From contig OY759746.1 in assembly GCA_963662795.1 (NCBI GenBank), forward strand, positions 192,001-256,000: a stretch of 64,000 nucleotides of DNA, written 5' to 3'. Source of the stretch: Spirochaetia bacterium. Lineage in GTDB: Bacteria; Spirochaetota; Spirochaetia; CADAEX01. Positions 27,902 through 38,655 of this stretch are shown here, in pieces (positions within the stretch are counted from its first letter, which is position 1; every line of letters begins with the position of its first letter). A model generated the notes under the pieces. It had not been told where the DNA came from. It did not search any database and saw only the letters and a list, made by a program, of their open reading frames with translations. Made by a program: the position numbers and the translations under genes.

Positions 27902-29488
27902 TCATAATATATTTTTTTTGGGAATTCTGATAATAAATTCAATTTTGGCGCCTGTTACTATTTCAACAGTTCCATTAAGTAATTCTACCTGCTCCTTTAC
28001 AACAAACAAGCCGATCCCTCTTTCCAATGATGATTTTTTGGATGAAAAACCTAATTCAAATATTTTTTCTTTCAATTCACGTGGAATTCCGGGGCCGTTA
28101 TCGGCAATACTGATTTCAATACTATCATCTTTATCAATGAACAGTATTTTTATTTGTTTATTGGCCTCTTTTGACTTATTAAGTGACTCTATGGAATTTT
28201 CAAGGATGTTGCCGATTATCGAAACAAGTGAAACCGAAGCTTTTTTATTGACTTTAGGCATAAAGCTTTTCGGATTTATCAAAATCTCAATATGCTGTTC
28301 ATTCGCCTTGTTTATCTTTGCTATTAACAATCCGGATATTGACGGAGTCAAGACCCTTTTTCTCAGCAAGTCAGATATATTCTGCTGATCAGAAACAGTG
28401 TTTACAATAAATTCATTCACTTCACTGTATCTCTTAAGCTGTATCAAACCTGATATAACATTCAATCTGTTCAGATACTCATGGTGCTGCGCGCGCAGGG
28501 CATCACTGTAGGTTTTAACCTCATTGAGTTTATCTGTAAGATCGCGTATTTCGCTTATATCAATAAGAGTTCCCATGGCCCCAATAAGAAGACCGTTATG
28601 AACAAGAGGTACGTTATTTACCAGTATCTGCCTTCCGTTAATTAAATGTTCCTGATTAAGTATTTCACTTTTTGTTTCAATAACAAGAGGAAGTTTGGTG
28701 TCCGGGAAATATTCTGATATAAATGCTTCTGGCTGGATATCTTTTCTCCCGATAATTTTTTTTGCATTATTATTTATAAGGATAATCCTTGCTTCCCTGT
28801 CTACCGCTATTATCCCCTCTTTTATTGATGAAATAATTGCATCTCTCTCTTCAAGAAGAGCAGCTATCTGATAGGGTTCGAGGCCAAAAATGGTTTTTTT
28901 AATATTTCCCGCAAGGAGCACTCCTCCTCCAAGGCCTATTGAGATACTGATAAGTGCTGTAATAAAAAGTATTTTCCGAATCAGCACATTTTTTTCTTCC
29001 AGTTCCGTTAAAAGAAGACCAACTGAAACAACACCTATCTGGATATTATTATTATTGTAAATTGGTACAAATGCCCTTTGAGACAGGCCGAGAGTTCCTT
29101 TTGCTTCAGAAACATATGTCCTGCCGCTTAAAGCCTCTTTCTCATCCCCGCCAACAAATTTTTTGCCGATATTATTTATATTGGGATGGGAATACCTAAG
29201 AGAATCCATATTAATAACAACTACAAAACTTGTTTCTGTTATTTCCCTTATTTTCTCTGCAACCGGCTGAATTACCGATGAAGGATCAGACAGCGTAAAA
29301 GCATCTTTGATCCGGCTGTCGTTTGCTGTCAGTCTTGCAATATATAAAACTTTTTCAGCGCCGGATTTTATAATATAATTTCTAAAATACCTGTCTTCAA
29401 GAAATGTCTTGACACTGACAGATATAAACAATATTACAATAATGAGAATGAATATTCTTAATTGCAGGGATATTCTGTTTATTTTCAC
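27902..29488 (-). CDS. CitA/DcuS/MalK-family sensor histidine kinase
   Basis: RYSHP, FVGGDE, GTLG sensor motifs; FGLEPYQIA; PAS; LRAQHHEYLN; GNILEN, DNGPGI, GFSSK, GIGL. Confidence 0.92.
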   Translation of the reverse strand: MKINRISLQLRIFILIIVILFISVSVKTFLEDRYFRNYIIKSGAEKVLYIARLTANDSRIKDAFTLSDPSSVIQPVAEKIREITETSFVVVINMDSLRYSHPNINNIGKKFVGGDEKEALSGRTYVSEAKGTLGLSQRAFVPIYNNNNIQIGVVSVGLLLTELEEKNVLIRKILFITALISISIGLGGGVLLAGNIKKTIFGLEPYQIAALLEERDAIISSIKEGIIAVDREARIILINNNAKKIIGRKDIQPEAFISEYFPDTKLPLVIETKSEILNQEHLINGRQILVNNVPLVHNGLLIGAMGTLIDISEIRDLTDKLNEVKTYSDALRAQHHEYLNRLNVISGLIQLKRYSEVNEFIVNTVSDQQNISDLLRKRVLTPSISGLLIAKINKANEQHIEILINPKSFMPKVNKKASVSLVSIIGNILENSIESLNKSKEANKQIKILFIDKDDSIEISIADNGPGIPRELKEKIFELGFSSKKSSLERGIGLFVVKEQVELLNGTVEIVTGAKIEFIIRIPKKNIL

Positions 29489-29497
29489 ACCGAAAAA

Positions 29498-29526
29498 ATG
29501 ATAGGAGCTTTAACACTTACAGTCAA
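29498..29526 (-). promoter_or_regulatory. Sigma70-type promoter for the sensor kinase (near-leaderless)
   Basis: Minus strand TTGACT-N17-TATCAT, 9 nt before the GTG start; no SD sequence. Confidence 0.6.
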
Positions 29527-29692
29527 GATTATTTACAGGTATTACTCTTTTGATAAAAAAAGGAGAGCATTTAAGGTTTGTGCTTAAATCAATCAGTAAG
29601 CGTGAAGCTGAATACCTGTTACCGGTGCAAAAGAGACATACTAAAATGCATGCTTGACCTGCGGTATATCCACGCATACAATTAATTTAATC

Positions 29693-31278
29693 ATGAAAAA
29701 TCAAGTCCTTACCTTTTCCCGGATCATAACTGTCAGGCAAAGAGTGCTTATATATTCAATTTCTCTCATCAGCACGCTTTTCCTTACTTTTTATGCTCAG
29801 CTTGTATGTCCCTTTCTTGAATCGCGTCCCTTTCTTGAGCAGTTCAGAAATCTCCTCCTGGTATTTATTTTCCAGATAATATTGAGGGAAATATTATTTC
29901 ACAATGTTAGCGCAAATCTGGAAGTATCAGCAATTTCCGGCCGGTTTTTCCGGCTGCTGATAATATCCTGGATTGCGTCGGGACTTGCCGCGATGGGGCT
30001 CCATGAAGTCCTTTACCATAACTACAATCCGGATTCCTTATTCCAGACTTTTCCATGGCCAAGCGATGTCCCGTGGCATAGTCAGCTGAAACTTATAAGC
30101 GGTTACTGGTTCCCCGGAGCAGGGCTTCTTTCACAGCTTGAACTGACAATTGCCGAGAAATTTATCAGCAGTTATGTCAAAAAAAACCACACTGTTTTTT
30201 CTGATTTCTCGGAACATATTCCGCTTAGAATCACATGGGGAAACTTCTTTTATACCTTTGTGCCGTCCATATCACTGCTTATAATAATTATAAGGTATGC
30301 ATTTCAGGAGCATATTATTCCGTGGGGCGTTACCCTTGAGGTTGCCTATATCGGTATAATATTTATCGGGACGGCAATTGCTGCCGCGGTCCTTTATGGG
30401 AAAATGCTCAGAGAAGATACTCTGCAGCTGATAGACGCAATTGAGAAAATCGGGAAAGGCGGTTTTTCCGTTCACATCTGGCCTTCCAGACAGGACGAAC
30501 TCGGCCGGGGTACAGGCGGAATTAATGAAATGGCAAAAGGACTTATGCTGAGGGAAAGGATAAAGGAATCTTTCGGCCATTTTGTCTCACCGGAAATTGC
30601 AAAAAAAAATTATGGAGCAGTATACAAACAAAGGGCAAGGACATGAGGGGCCACGGCGAGAGAAAAATGGTTGTTGTTCTGATATGCGACATCAGGAATT
30701 TCTCAGGTATTACAAATAAAATGAACCCTTCCGATGTCGCTGTTATGCTTAATAACTATTTTGACCACATGGTGAAGCCAATACAGAAAAACGGTGGAAT
30801 TGTTGATAAATTTACAGGAGATGCCGTGATGGCGGTTTTCGGCCTGATGGATAATAAAAGCAATCCGTGTCTACAGGCAGTCAACGCCGCGATTGATATG
30901 CGGAAAGCCCTGTATATATCAAATGATAACAGCCTCCTTATGCAGTGCCCGTCTCTTGATAACGGCATAGGTATTCATTACGGAGAGATTATAGCATCAT
31001 ACATGGGGAGCTCTGAAAGGCTTGAGCTTACGATAATCGGCACGACCGTAGACACGGCGGCAAGGCTTGAGTCAAAAGCAGGAAAACTGGATCCTCCGAT
31101 TATTATCAGCAGACCTGTAGCGCTGGCCGTTAAAAACGAATTCGGAGTTGAAAGTCTCGGCGAGGAAGAGCTTAAAGGGGTTGGAAAGCAGATGCTTTAT
31201 ACTGTAAAAACAAGAAAAATAAAAAAGCCTGACAATCAGGGGGTTGCATCGGTAAATGATAAATACACTGTTTTATAA
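29693..31278 (+). pseudogene. Membrane HAMP / class III adenylate cyclase split into two ORFs (29693-30646 and 30643-31278)
   Basis: ORF1 has TM helices, HAMP (DELG..INEMAKGL) and the FGHFVSPEIA linker. ORF2 has GERK..CDIRNFS, DKFTGDAVMAVFG, GIGIHYG. Frame break at the A9 run 30601-30609. Confidence 0.75.
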
Positions 31279-31837
31279 TATTTTCATGATACCTTTCGAG
31301 AAATTCGCAGGACTTGACAGGTGCAGAAAAGCACTCATACCCCTTGCATCAGGGAGCGTGCTTGAGGCGGGGCCGGGAACAGGCGCAAACGCCAAATACT
31401 ACAACTGGGATGCAGTCGACAATCTGATACTCGCGGCTCCTGAAGCGGATACTCAGGGGCTGCCGGAAAAAATATACAGAAAGGGATGCGTTAAATATGT
31501 GGAAGCTGATGTGCAGGAACTCCCTTTTGAAAACGACACGTTTGACACAGTAGTCGCCACCCTCCTCTTCTGCTCGGTACCTGACCCTGATAAAGGGCTT
31601 TCTGAACTCAGAAGGGTATTAAAAACAGGGGGGAAATATATATTCCTCGAACACGTAAAACCGGCAAAATCCGCTGCTGCCAATTTTGCTGCAATGGCCA
31701 CCCCCTGCTGGAAAAGGATTGCAGGAGGTTGCCATCTTGACAGGGATACCGGGGCAGCAATAATAAAGGCAGGTTTCAAAGTAATTACTCCCTGCCTCTA
31801 CTCTAAAGGTGTCTTTATAGGGGGAGCTGCCCAATAG
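31256..31837 (+). CDS. Class I SAM-dependent methyltransferase
   Basis: VLEAGPGTG, LPFENDTFDTVV, FCSV, RVLKTGG, LEHV, GGCHLDR. Confidence 0.88.
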   Translation: MINTLFYNIFMIPFEKFAGLDRCRKALIPLASGSVLEAGPGTGANAKYYNWDAVDNLILAAPEADTQGLPEKIYRKGCVKYVEADVQELPFENDTFDTVVATLLFCSVPDPDKGLSELRRVLKTGGKYIFLEHVKPAKSAAANFAAMATPCWKRIAGGCHLDRDTGAAIIKAGFKVITPCLYSKGVFIGGAAQ

Positions 31838-31859
31838 CATAGCACCCCGTGGGAATCAT

Positions 31860-32888
31860 TTATTTGAAAAGATGGGCAAATTCCCCGTATCCTTCCTTCT
31901 CAAGAGATTCTGCAGGAATAAAACGCAAGGCTGCTGAGTTAATACAGTACCTGAGTCCTGTCGGCTGAGGCCCGTCGTTAAACACATGCCCCAGATGGGA
32001 ATCAGCGTATTTGCTTCTTACCTCGGTGAAAAGTCCCCAGAAGGTCCTTTCCCTGTTTTCAACTACATGCTCATCGACAAGAGGTTTATAGAAACTCGGC
32101 CATCCTGTTCCCGAATCAAATTTTTCCTTTGATGAGAAGAGGGGTTCGCCGCTGATTATGTCAACATAAATGCCGGGCTTTTTATTGTCATTGTATTCAT
32201 TTTTGAAGGGAGGCTCGGTATCATTGCGTCTTGTGACATTGTACTGCATGGGAGTCAGTATTTTTTTAAGTTCACTGTCCGGTTTTATTGTATACCCCCC
32301 CTTTTTCTCTCCCCATGTTTTCTTTATAAACCCTTCCCTTCCGGAACCTGCTTTGTATCTTGAATAGTTAAACGGGTTCTTTTTGAAATAATCCTGATGA
32401 TATTCTTCAGCTTCATAAAATTTTTTAAACTTCACAATCTCTACATTTATCTGATGCCCGAACATTCCCGACTGCTCAATCTTTTTTTTCGAATCAAGGG
32501 CCGCTTTTTTCTGGCTGTTATTATGATAATAGATACCTGTCCTGTACTGGCTTCCCCTGTCGGCGAACTGCCCTCCGGCATCTGTCGGGTCTATCTGCTG
32601 CCAGAAAACATCAAGCAGTTTTTCATAGCTGATAATCTTCGGATCAAAGGTAACCTGCACAGCTTCTGTATGGCCTGTTTTACCGGTTGAAACCTCTTCA
32701 TAGGTAGGATTTACTGTTTTTCCGCCTGTATAGCCCGAAACTGCCGATTTTACCCCTTCCAGATTTTCAAACGGCTGTTCAATACACCAGAAACAGCCTC
32801 CGGCAAAGGTTGCAACCTCTGTCTCCGCGAAAACTCCAAAGGAGAGGATAAACAGAAAAAGAATAATAAATATATTTTTATTTGTCAT
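31860..32888 (-). CDS. msrAB: Exported bifunctional methionine sulfoxide reductase MsrA-MsrB
   Basis: Signal peptide; FAGGCFWC and AEEYHQDY (MsrA); [14 protein letters not shown] and RYCINS (MsrB). Confidence 0.95.
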   Translation of the reverse strand: MTNKNIFIILFLFILSFGVFAETEVATFAGGCFWCIEQPFENLEGVKSAVSGYTGGKTVNPTYEEVSTGKTGHTEAVQVTFDPKIISYEKLLDVFWQQIDPTDAGGQFADRGSQYRTGIYYHNNSQKKAALDSKKKIEQSGMFGHQINVEIVKFKKFYEAEEYHQDYFKKNPFNYSRYKAGSGREGFIKKTWGEKKGGYTIKPDSELKKILTPMQYNVTRRNDTEPPFKNEYNDNKKPGIYVDIISGEPLFSSKEKFDSGTGWPSFYKPLVDEHVVENRERTFWGLFTEVRSKYADSHLGHVFNDGPQPTGLRYCINSAALRFIPAESLEKEGYGEFAHLFK

Positions 32889-32986
32889 TTCAGCACACTC
32901 CTTAAAAAATAGTCTTCATTAAAAATAAGTATGCTTTAAGCTATATTCAAATATTTTCATATAGAATTAATATAACTTTCTGTTAT

Positions 32987-34357
32987 TCATTCCGGTACTG
33001 TCTCCGCCTTTAAGGCTATTCTGCATTTGTCCCTGTATACCTTTCTTGCCCATATAAATGTAAACACGGCGGCAGACCAGTTTACAAACACAAGGCCCCA
33101 CCATACCCCGTCCTGCCTCATGGCAAGGGCAAAACAGAGGATCGAAAAGACAACAGCGGGGGCTGCTATCTGCCTGTAAAACCCCATCCACATTATCATT
33201 GAAGGCTTTTTCAATCCCTGAAGCAGCGAATTGCTCTGAAAAAGGACAATATAGCTGTAGTAGGTTAAACCCTGTATTAATAGATACTTATACCCCATCG
33301 AGATAACTGCTTCAGAACCGGTAAACGCTGAAATAATCTTTTTCCCGAAAATCAGGACAGGAGGAAGCATAACCAGCATGATTAAAGCACCTCCGTAAAG
33401 GCTTTTTTTAAATGAATCAATTACCCTCTCCATCCTGCCGGCTCCGTTATTCTGGCCTACCAGGGAAGCAAGGGCGATATTAAGCCCTGCTGTCGGCACA
33501 AGCGCAATCTGCTCGACCCTTACCGCAGCTCCATAGGCAGCTACAGCTTCACTTCCGAATGAAGAAATAAAATATGTTATTACAAATGTTCCCAGGGCCA
33601 TTGTAAGAAAATTCATTGAGGCCGGGACAGCCTGCTCAAATATCCCGATTACAATTTTCTTCTCCGGTATGAAATCCTTAAAAGATATACCTGAAAAAGC
33701 GTTTGATTTTTTTGCAATAAATATCATATAAATCATGCTTAATAGCTGTATCAATATTGTCGCAAGCGCAACTCCTGCTTCCTTAAGGCCGAATGTATAC
33801 ATAAATAGAGGATCCAGCGCAAGATTAAGAAAAAAACCGCCTATGAGAATGTTTCTGTAGGTTCGCGTATTGCCTCTCGCGGTAAGTCCTGCATTTAAAA
33901 CAGGCACAAGACTGATAACAATAAGCCCCCCTACAATTACCCTTCCATACCTCATTGCGGATTCAAGAACTTCACCCTTCCCGTTTAAAACCGTAAATAA
34001 AGGCTTTAGAAAGATAAAAAATAATATAGTAAGAGCAACAGAAAGAATTACAGTCAGTGAGATAGACTGTGAAAGATAGCGGTTCGAAGTTTTCTCCCTG
34101 CCGGCGCCGATTTCATTTGAAATCAAGGCTCCTGCTCCACTTGAAAAACCAACGCCAAGAGACATAATCAGCATGTACAGGGGAAAATTAAGGGAGAGTC
34201 CTGCAAGAGATGCTGTCGAAAGCTGCCCTGCCCAGAATGTGTCAACCACATTATACATCGTGTTAAAGAAAAATCCGATACTTGCAGGCAGTGCAAGATG
34301 AAGCAGATGACTTTTTATCGAGCCGGAAGTTAAATCCGAAGAATATATTTTATTCAT
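32987..34357 (-). CDS. MATE-family efflux transporter
   Basis: LALPASIG..YNVVDT, NLALDPLF, GQNNGAG; about twelve TM segments. Confidence 0.92.
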   Translation of the reverse strand: MNKIYSSDLTSGSIKSHLLHLALPASIGFFFNTMYNVVDTFWAGQLSTASLAGLSLNFPLYMLIMSLGVGFSSGAGALISNEIGAGREKTSNRYLSQSISLTVILSVALTILFFIFLKPLFTVLNGKGEVLESAMRYGRVIVGGLIVISLVPVLNAGLTARGNTRTYRNILIGGFFLNLALDPLFMYTFGLKEAGVALATILIQLLSMIYMIFIAKKSNAFSGISFKDFIPEKKIVIGIFEQAVPASMNFLTMALGTFVITYFISSFGSEAVAAYGAAVRVEQIALVPTAGLNIALASLVGQNNGAGRMERVIDSFKKSLYGGALIMLVMLPPVLIFGKKIISAFTGSEAVISMGYKYLLIQGLTYYSYIVLFQSNSLLQGLKKPSMIMWMGFYRQIAAPAVVFSILCFALAMRQDGVWWGLVFVNWSAAVFTFIWARKVYRDKCRIALKAETVPE

Positions 34358-34515
34358 ATAATTTACACCTTAACAGTAAATATACTATTCTCAATATATA
34401 TATCAATTATAATTCATTATTTTCCTGTTTATTTCCATACAAAGTTTATGGGATTTTAAATAATCATTAAAAATACTTAAAAACCTCTTGACGAAAAAGC
34501 TCTTTATTTATATTT

Positions 34516-34540
34516 TTGAACAATTGAGTTATTTGTTCAA
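34516..34540. promoter_or_regulatory. Putative TetR operator overlapping the promoter
   Basis: TTGAACAA-N9-TTGTTCAA inverted repeat immediately after TTGACG(34488)-N17-TATTTT and before the tetR RBS. Confidence 0.7.
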
Positions 34541-34561
34541 TTCTTCAAAAAGGAGGATGTT

Positions 34562-35137
34562 TTGTCTGATGTAGAAATGAGAGATGAGTTAATAAATGCC
34601 GCATCGGGAGTTTTTGCCAAATACGGTTACAAAAAAACCAATATGGATGACATCGCTGCCGTTTTAAGCAAGGGAAAAACCTTTATTTATTATTATTTCA
34701 AAAACAAAGAGGATATTTTTCAGGCTGTTCTTGCTGATGAGGCTGACAAGCTTTTGAAAGCACTTGCGGAAACAGCAGAATCAGAATCACTCCCGGAAAA
34801 AAAGCTTAAAATATTTGTACTGGTATGGGCAAACACACTCATGGAACTTGACAACTATTATCAGATTATTAAAACCGAGTATTTCAGCAATAAAGATTTT
34901 TTCAAAACCCTCAGGGAAAAAATTGATGAAAAGCAGCATGAAATACTCACTTCAATTTTCAGAGAGGGAACATTATCGGGAAGATTTAAAAAACTTGACC
35001 CCGAATGGCTGGCCTTGACCTTTTTTACTGCCATGAAAGGATTTGAGCTGCCTCTGCTTAAGAGGAACAGCTTTGAGGATATAGCAACAAGAATTGATGA
35101 TCTTTTAAATCTTCTTTTAAACGGGCTACTTGCTTAA
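34562..35137 (+). CDS. TetR/AcrR-family transcriptional regulator
   Basis: AASGVFAKYGYKKTNMDDIA...KTFIYYYFKNKEDIF helix-turn-helix; TTG start behind AGGAGG. Confidence 0.93.
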   Translation: MSDVEMRDELINAASGVFAKYGYKKTNMDDIAAVLSKGKTFIYYYFKNKEDIFQAVLADEADKLLKALAETAESESLPEKKLKIFVLVWANTLMELDNYYQIIKTEYFSNKDFFKTLREKIDEKQHEILTSIFREGTLSGRFKKLDPEWLALTFFTAMKGFELPLLKRNSFEDIATRIDDLLNLLLNGLLA

Positions 35138-35151
35138 CAGCAGCTATTACA

Positions 35152-37830
35152 TTGGAAAAGGTGGAGGAATACCTGGTGAACAGAATTTTAAAGCATCCGA
35201 AGACAGTAATAACAATTATACTGCTTCTAACAGTTTTTCTTGGAATACAGATACCCGGGATAAAGATAAACAACGAGGTTGAGATATTTCTTCCGGAAAA
35301 CCACAAATCAAAAATCGAATATAACAAAATGAAGGAAACATTCGGCAGCCAGATAATTATGGATGTTGCTGTAAAGGCGAAAGAAGGAACTATTTTTACG
35401 GCAGATAGAATCAACCTTATCAAATCCCTTACAGAGGAATTTGAAAAAATTGAAAATGTTGAGGACGTAACTTCCCTTACAAATGCTGATTATATCGAAG
35501 GGACGGCAGACGGGATGACAGTCTCTCCTATTGCTGAAGACTTTACAGGCAGCGATGAAGAATTAAAAGAAATAAAGCGTAAAGTGACAGACTGGAAAGA
35601 TATGTATGAACTCAACCTCATATCGGAAGATCTTAAAGCGACCCAGATCCTTGTTAAAATCAAACTGGGGGTTTTGGCAGACGGGAAAGAAAAAGTTTAT
35701 CATGAAATGAAAAACATTATAGCGTCACATGACAGCGCGGGAACCGACTTAAGCATTGCGGGAGATCCGGCTGTTATTGTTCTCATAGAAAAGTACATGA
35801 AAAGCGATCTCGTACGTCTTGTCCCTTTTGTAATAATTGTTGTGCTTATTACCCTTTTCCTCTGCTTCAGAACTTCAGGGGGTGTAATTCTGCCGGTAAT
35901 TACTGTCCTTATAAGTACTTTATGGACAATAGGCCTTATGGCCCTGACCGGTGTATATTTTTCTCTTGTTTCTACGACACTTCCGGTTGTCCTTATTGCA
36001 GTGGGCAGCGCATACGGCATTCACCTTGTAAACGATTACTACAGTGAAATAAGGGTTGCCGGAAAAAAGCTGTCCCACGAAGAACACAGCAGCATTGTTG
36101 AGCAAAGCCTTCACAAGGTGGAAAAACCTGTGTTTCTTGCAGCTCTTACTACAATAGTCGGATTCGGCTCCCTTGCGACCAGCCCGATTATACCGCTGAA
36201 GCATTTTGCCCTGTTCTCCGGAATCGGAGTACTGGCAGCTCTCTTGGTTACTTTAACAATGATACCGGCGCTTCTTGTTATGCGCCACAACGCGATGAAG
36301 CTCAACAGAATATCGGAAAAATCCATTCTGGACAGATTTTTTAAAAGTCTGTCGGTATTTATCGAAAAAAGAAAAACAGTACTGTCTGCAATTGTTTTTA
36401 TAATACTTGTAGTTTCCTGCATAGGGATATTAAGGATCAATGTTGACAACATACTTATATCCAACTTCAGGGAAAAAGAAGATATCCGTGTAGCAGATAA
36501 CATGATAAGGGAAAATTTCGGAGGGACAAAGGTATTCAGCATTATTGTCAAAGGAAAGGAAAAGGGAGACCTTACTGACCCGGCAATACTCAAGGCAATG
36601 GATAACCTTGACACTTACCTTGAAACAGGCTTTGCCGAAGTCGGAAAGGTAATTTCCTTCTCGGATTTCATAAAAAGAATGAACCGGGTTATGCACTATC
36701 CTCAGCAGGACAGTTCTGAAGTGGCAATGGAAAATACAGCCGCCGCCGGGAAACAGGAGGCTGGAGGCTTTGGCAGCTTTTTCAGTACAGATGATGCCGG
36801 TACATCATCATTTTTTGAATCAGCAGAAACTGTTGATACAGTTTCATCAATACCTGAAGTAATATTTGATAATCTTGATGAAAAGATGACAGCCCGCAGT
36901 TTTCTTGAAATACTCTCCGGCGCGGCTTCAGAGTCAGACACTTTAAACCCTGACGCAGACACGGTCCTCAGGGGAATTTACAGAAAATACAACTACAGAG
37001 GTGAAGATTATAATGAAATACCTTCAGACCCTTCTAGATATCCTGTTGAAACAAAAGAAGAGCTGAAAAATCTGATTTCCCAGTACCTGCTGCTTTATTC
37101 AGGGAACCTCGACTCATACTCTGATGATGCAATAGAACCTTCTCAGGCTTTAATGATAGTCGAGCTGAAAACAATAAATACAATTCCGGTAAAAAAGATT
37201 ACAAAGGAAATAAACAGTTATGTCTCTGAAAACTTTCCTGAAGGGTATGAAGTAGACATCGCGGGAATTGCGGATATGGAAAACTCGCTTACGACATTAA
37301 TTACCGGGTCGCAGATTTCAAGTCTTGCAGTCTCACTGCTTCTCGTATTCATAATTATTGCGATATCGTATAAATCATTTGCTGCAGGGTTATTCGGGGT
37401 GATACCTCTGGCCTTTACAATAATAATCAATTTCGGCGTCATGGGGTTTACAGGTATCAGACTTGATATGGTAACAGCCCTGATCGCATCAATAGCGGTC
37501 GGAACAGGTATAGATTATACCATCCATTTCATGAGCGCCTATAAAAGGGAAAGAAACTCAGAAAGCAGGCTTGAAGTTGTTACTGAAAAAACACTTTCCT
37601 CAACCGGCCGTGGTATATTATTCAATGCAGGCGCGGTGGCCGCAGGATTTCTTGTCCTTTGTTTCTCAAACTTTACAACGCTTAGATATATCGGATTTCT
37701 GACAGCACTTACAATGTTTACATCATCATTTGCATCCCTTACCGTACTGCCTGTGCTGCTCAATACATTCAAGCCCGCTTTTATGGCAAAAAAAACAGAA
37801 CAGAAACTTGTTACAGAATCCAATAACTGA
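35152..37830 (+). CDS. MMPL/RND-superfamily lipid transporter
   Basis: Two repeats of TM + periplasmic domain + five TMs; AVGSAYGIH, LTTIVGF, GTGIDYTIH. Confidence 0.9.
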   Translation: MEKVEEYLVNRILKHPKTVITIILLLTVFLGIQIPGIKINNEVEIFLPENHKSKIEYNKMKETFGSQIIMDVAVKAKEGTIFTADRINLIKSLTEEFEKIENVEDVTSLTNADYIEGTADGMTVSPIAEDFTGSDEELKEIKRKVTDWKDMYELNLISEDLKATQILVKIKLGVLADGKEKVYHEMKNIIASHDSAGTDLSIAGDPAVIVLIEKYMKSDLVRLVPFVIIVVLITLFLCFRTSGGVILPVITVLISTLWTIGLMALTGVYFSLVSTTLPVVLIAVGSAYGIHLVNDYYSEIRVAGKKLSHEEHSSIVEQSLHKVEKPVFLAALTTIVGFGSLATSPIIPLKHFALFSGIGVLAALLVTLTMIPALLVMRHNAMKLNRISEKSILDRFFKSLSVFIEKRKTVLSAIVFIILVVSCIGILRINVDNILISNFREKEDIRVADNMIRENFGGTKVFSIIVKGKEKGDLTDPAILKAMDNLDTYLETGFAEVGKVISFSDFIKRMNRVMHYPQQDSSEVAMENTAAAGKQEAGGFGSFFSTDDAGTSSFFESAETVDTVSSIPEVIFDNLDEKMTARSFLEILSGAASESDTLNPDADTVLRGIYRKYNYRGEDYNEIPSDPSRYPVETKEELKNLISQYLLLYSGNLDSYSDDAIEPSQALMIVELKTINTIPVKKITKEINSYVSENFPEGYEVDIAGIADMENSLTTLITGSQISSLAVSLLLVFIIIAISYKSFAAGLFGVIPLAFTIIINFGVMGFTGIRLDMVTALIASIAVGTGIDYTIHFMSAYKRERNSESRLEVVTEKTLSSTGRGILFNAGAVAAGFLVLCFSNFTTLRYIGFLTALTMFTSSFASLTVLPVLLNTFKPAFMAKKTEQKLVTESNN

Positions 37831-37846
37831 TTAAGGAGAAAATATA

Positions 37847-38641
37847 ATGTACAGAAACGGTTTAATGAAAAAGTATTTTTTTACGGCAGCAGCAGCCCTG
37901 TCAGCCTTACTTGCCCCTTCTGCTTTCGCAATAACAGGAACAGAAATAGCTCAGAATGTTCACGACAGGGACAATGGCGATTCAGTGCATGCCCTGATCC
38001 AGATGGACCTTGTTGATAAAAACGGAGGCATCAATTCAAGACTGGTTGAGACATGGGAAATGGAAGATGAAAAGGACCTTGACATGATGGTCATGATGTT
38101 CCACCAGCCTGCGTCAGTCGCTAACACAAGATTTCTTGTTATGGAAAATGAAGGAAGGGACGACGACAAGTGGATATACCTGCCTGCCCTCAAAAAAGTA
38201 AGACGAATTGATTCAAGCGAAGGAAGCAACTCATTTATGGGAACAGACTTGAGCTATGATGATATGGAAACACGAAAAGTTGAGGAAGATACTCACGAAC
38301 TCTTAAAAGAAGAGAAAATCGGCGACTATGACTGTTATGTTGTCAAGGCTGTTTCAATTGATCCTTCAAACTCACAATATTCACAGAGGATAAGCTGGAT
38401 TGATAAAAACACATGGATTCCCGTAAAAATGGAACTTTATGACAAGAAAGGGACCCTCGAGAAAGTTATGACGGCGGAAAAAATAGAAAAGGTACAGGAT
38501 TACTGGTCTATTCTCCATACAACAATGAAAAATGTCCAGACAGGGCACAGTACGGTTCTTACAATGAAAAAACTTGTTTACGATGAGAAACTTAACAGGG
38601 CGTTATTTACCACGCAGTTCCTTTCAGCGGGAAGAATCTAG
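37847..38641 (+). CDS. Outer-membrane lipoprotein-sorting (LolA-like) periplasmic protein
   Basis: Signal peptide; DDKWIYLPALKKVRRI and SFMGTDLSYDD motifs. Confidence 0.88.
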   Translation: MYRNGLMKKYFFTAAAALSALLAPSAFAITGTEIAQNVHDRDNGDSVHALIQMDLVDKNGGINSRLVETWEMEDEKDLDMMVMMFHQPASVANTRFLVMENEGRDDDKWIYLPALKKVRRIDSSEGSNSFMGTDLSYDDMETRKVEEDTHELLKEEKIGDYDCYVVKAVSIDPSNSQYSQRISWIDKNTWIPVKMELYDKKGTLEKVMTAEKIEKVQDYWSILHTTMKNVQTGHSTVLTMKKLVYDEKLNRALFTTQFLSAGRI

Positions 38642-38655
38642 GGAGATCATAGATA

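Noticed and set aside
29550-29657. Short open frame LIKKGEHLRFVLKSISKREAEYLLPVQKRHTKMHA before the split cyclase
   Set aside because: No RBS and no recognisable family; it may be a gene relic but cannot be supported.
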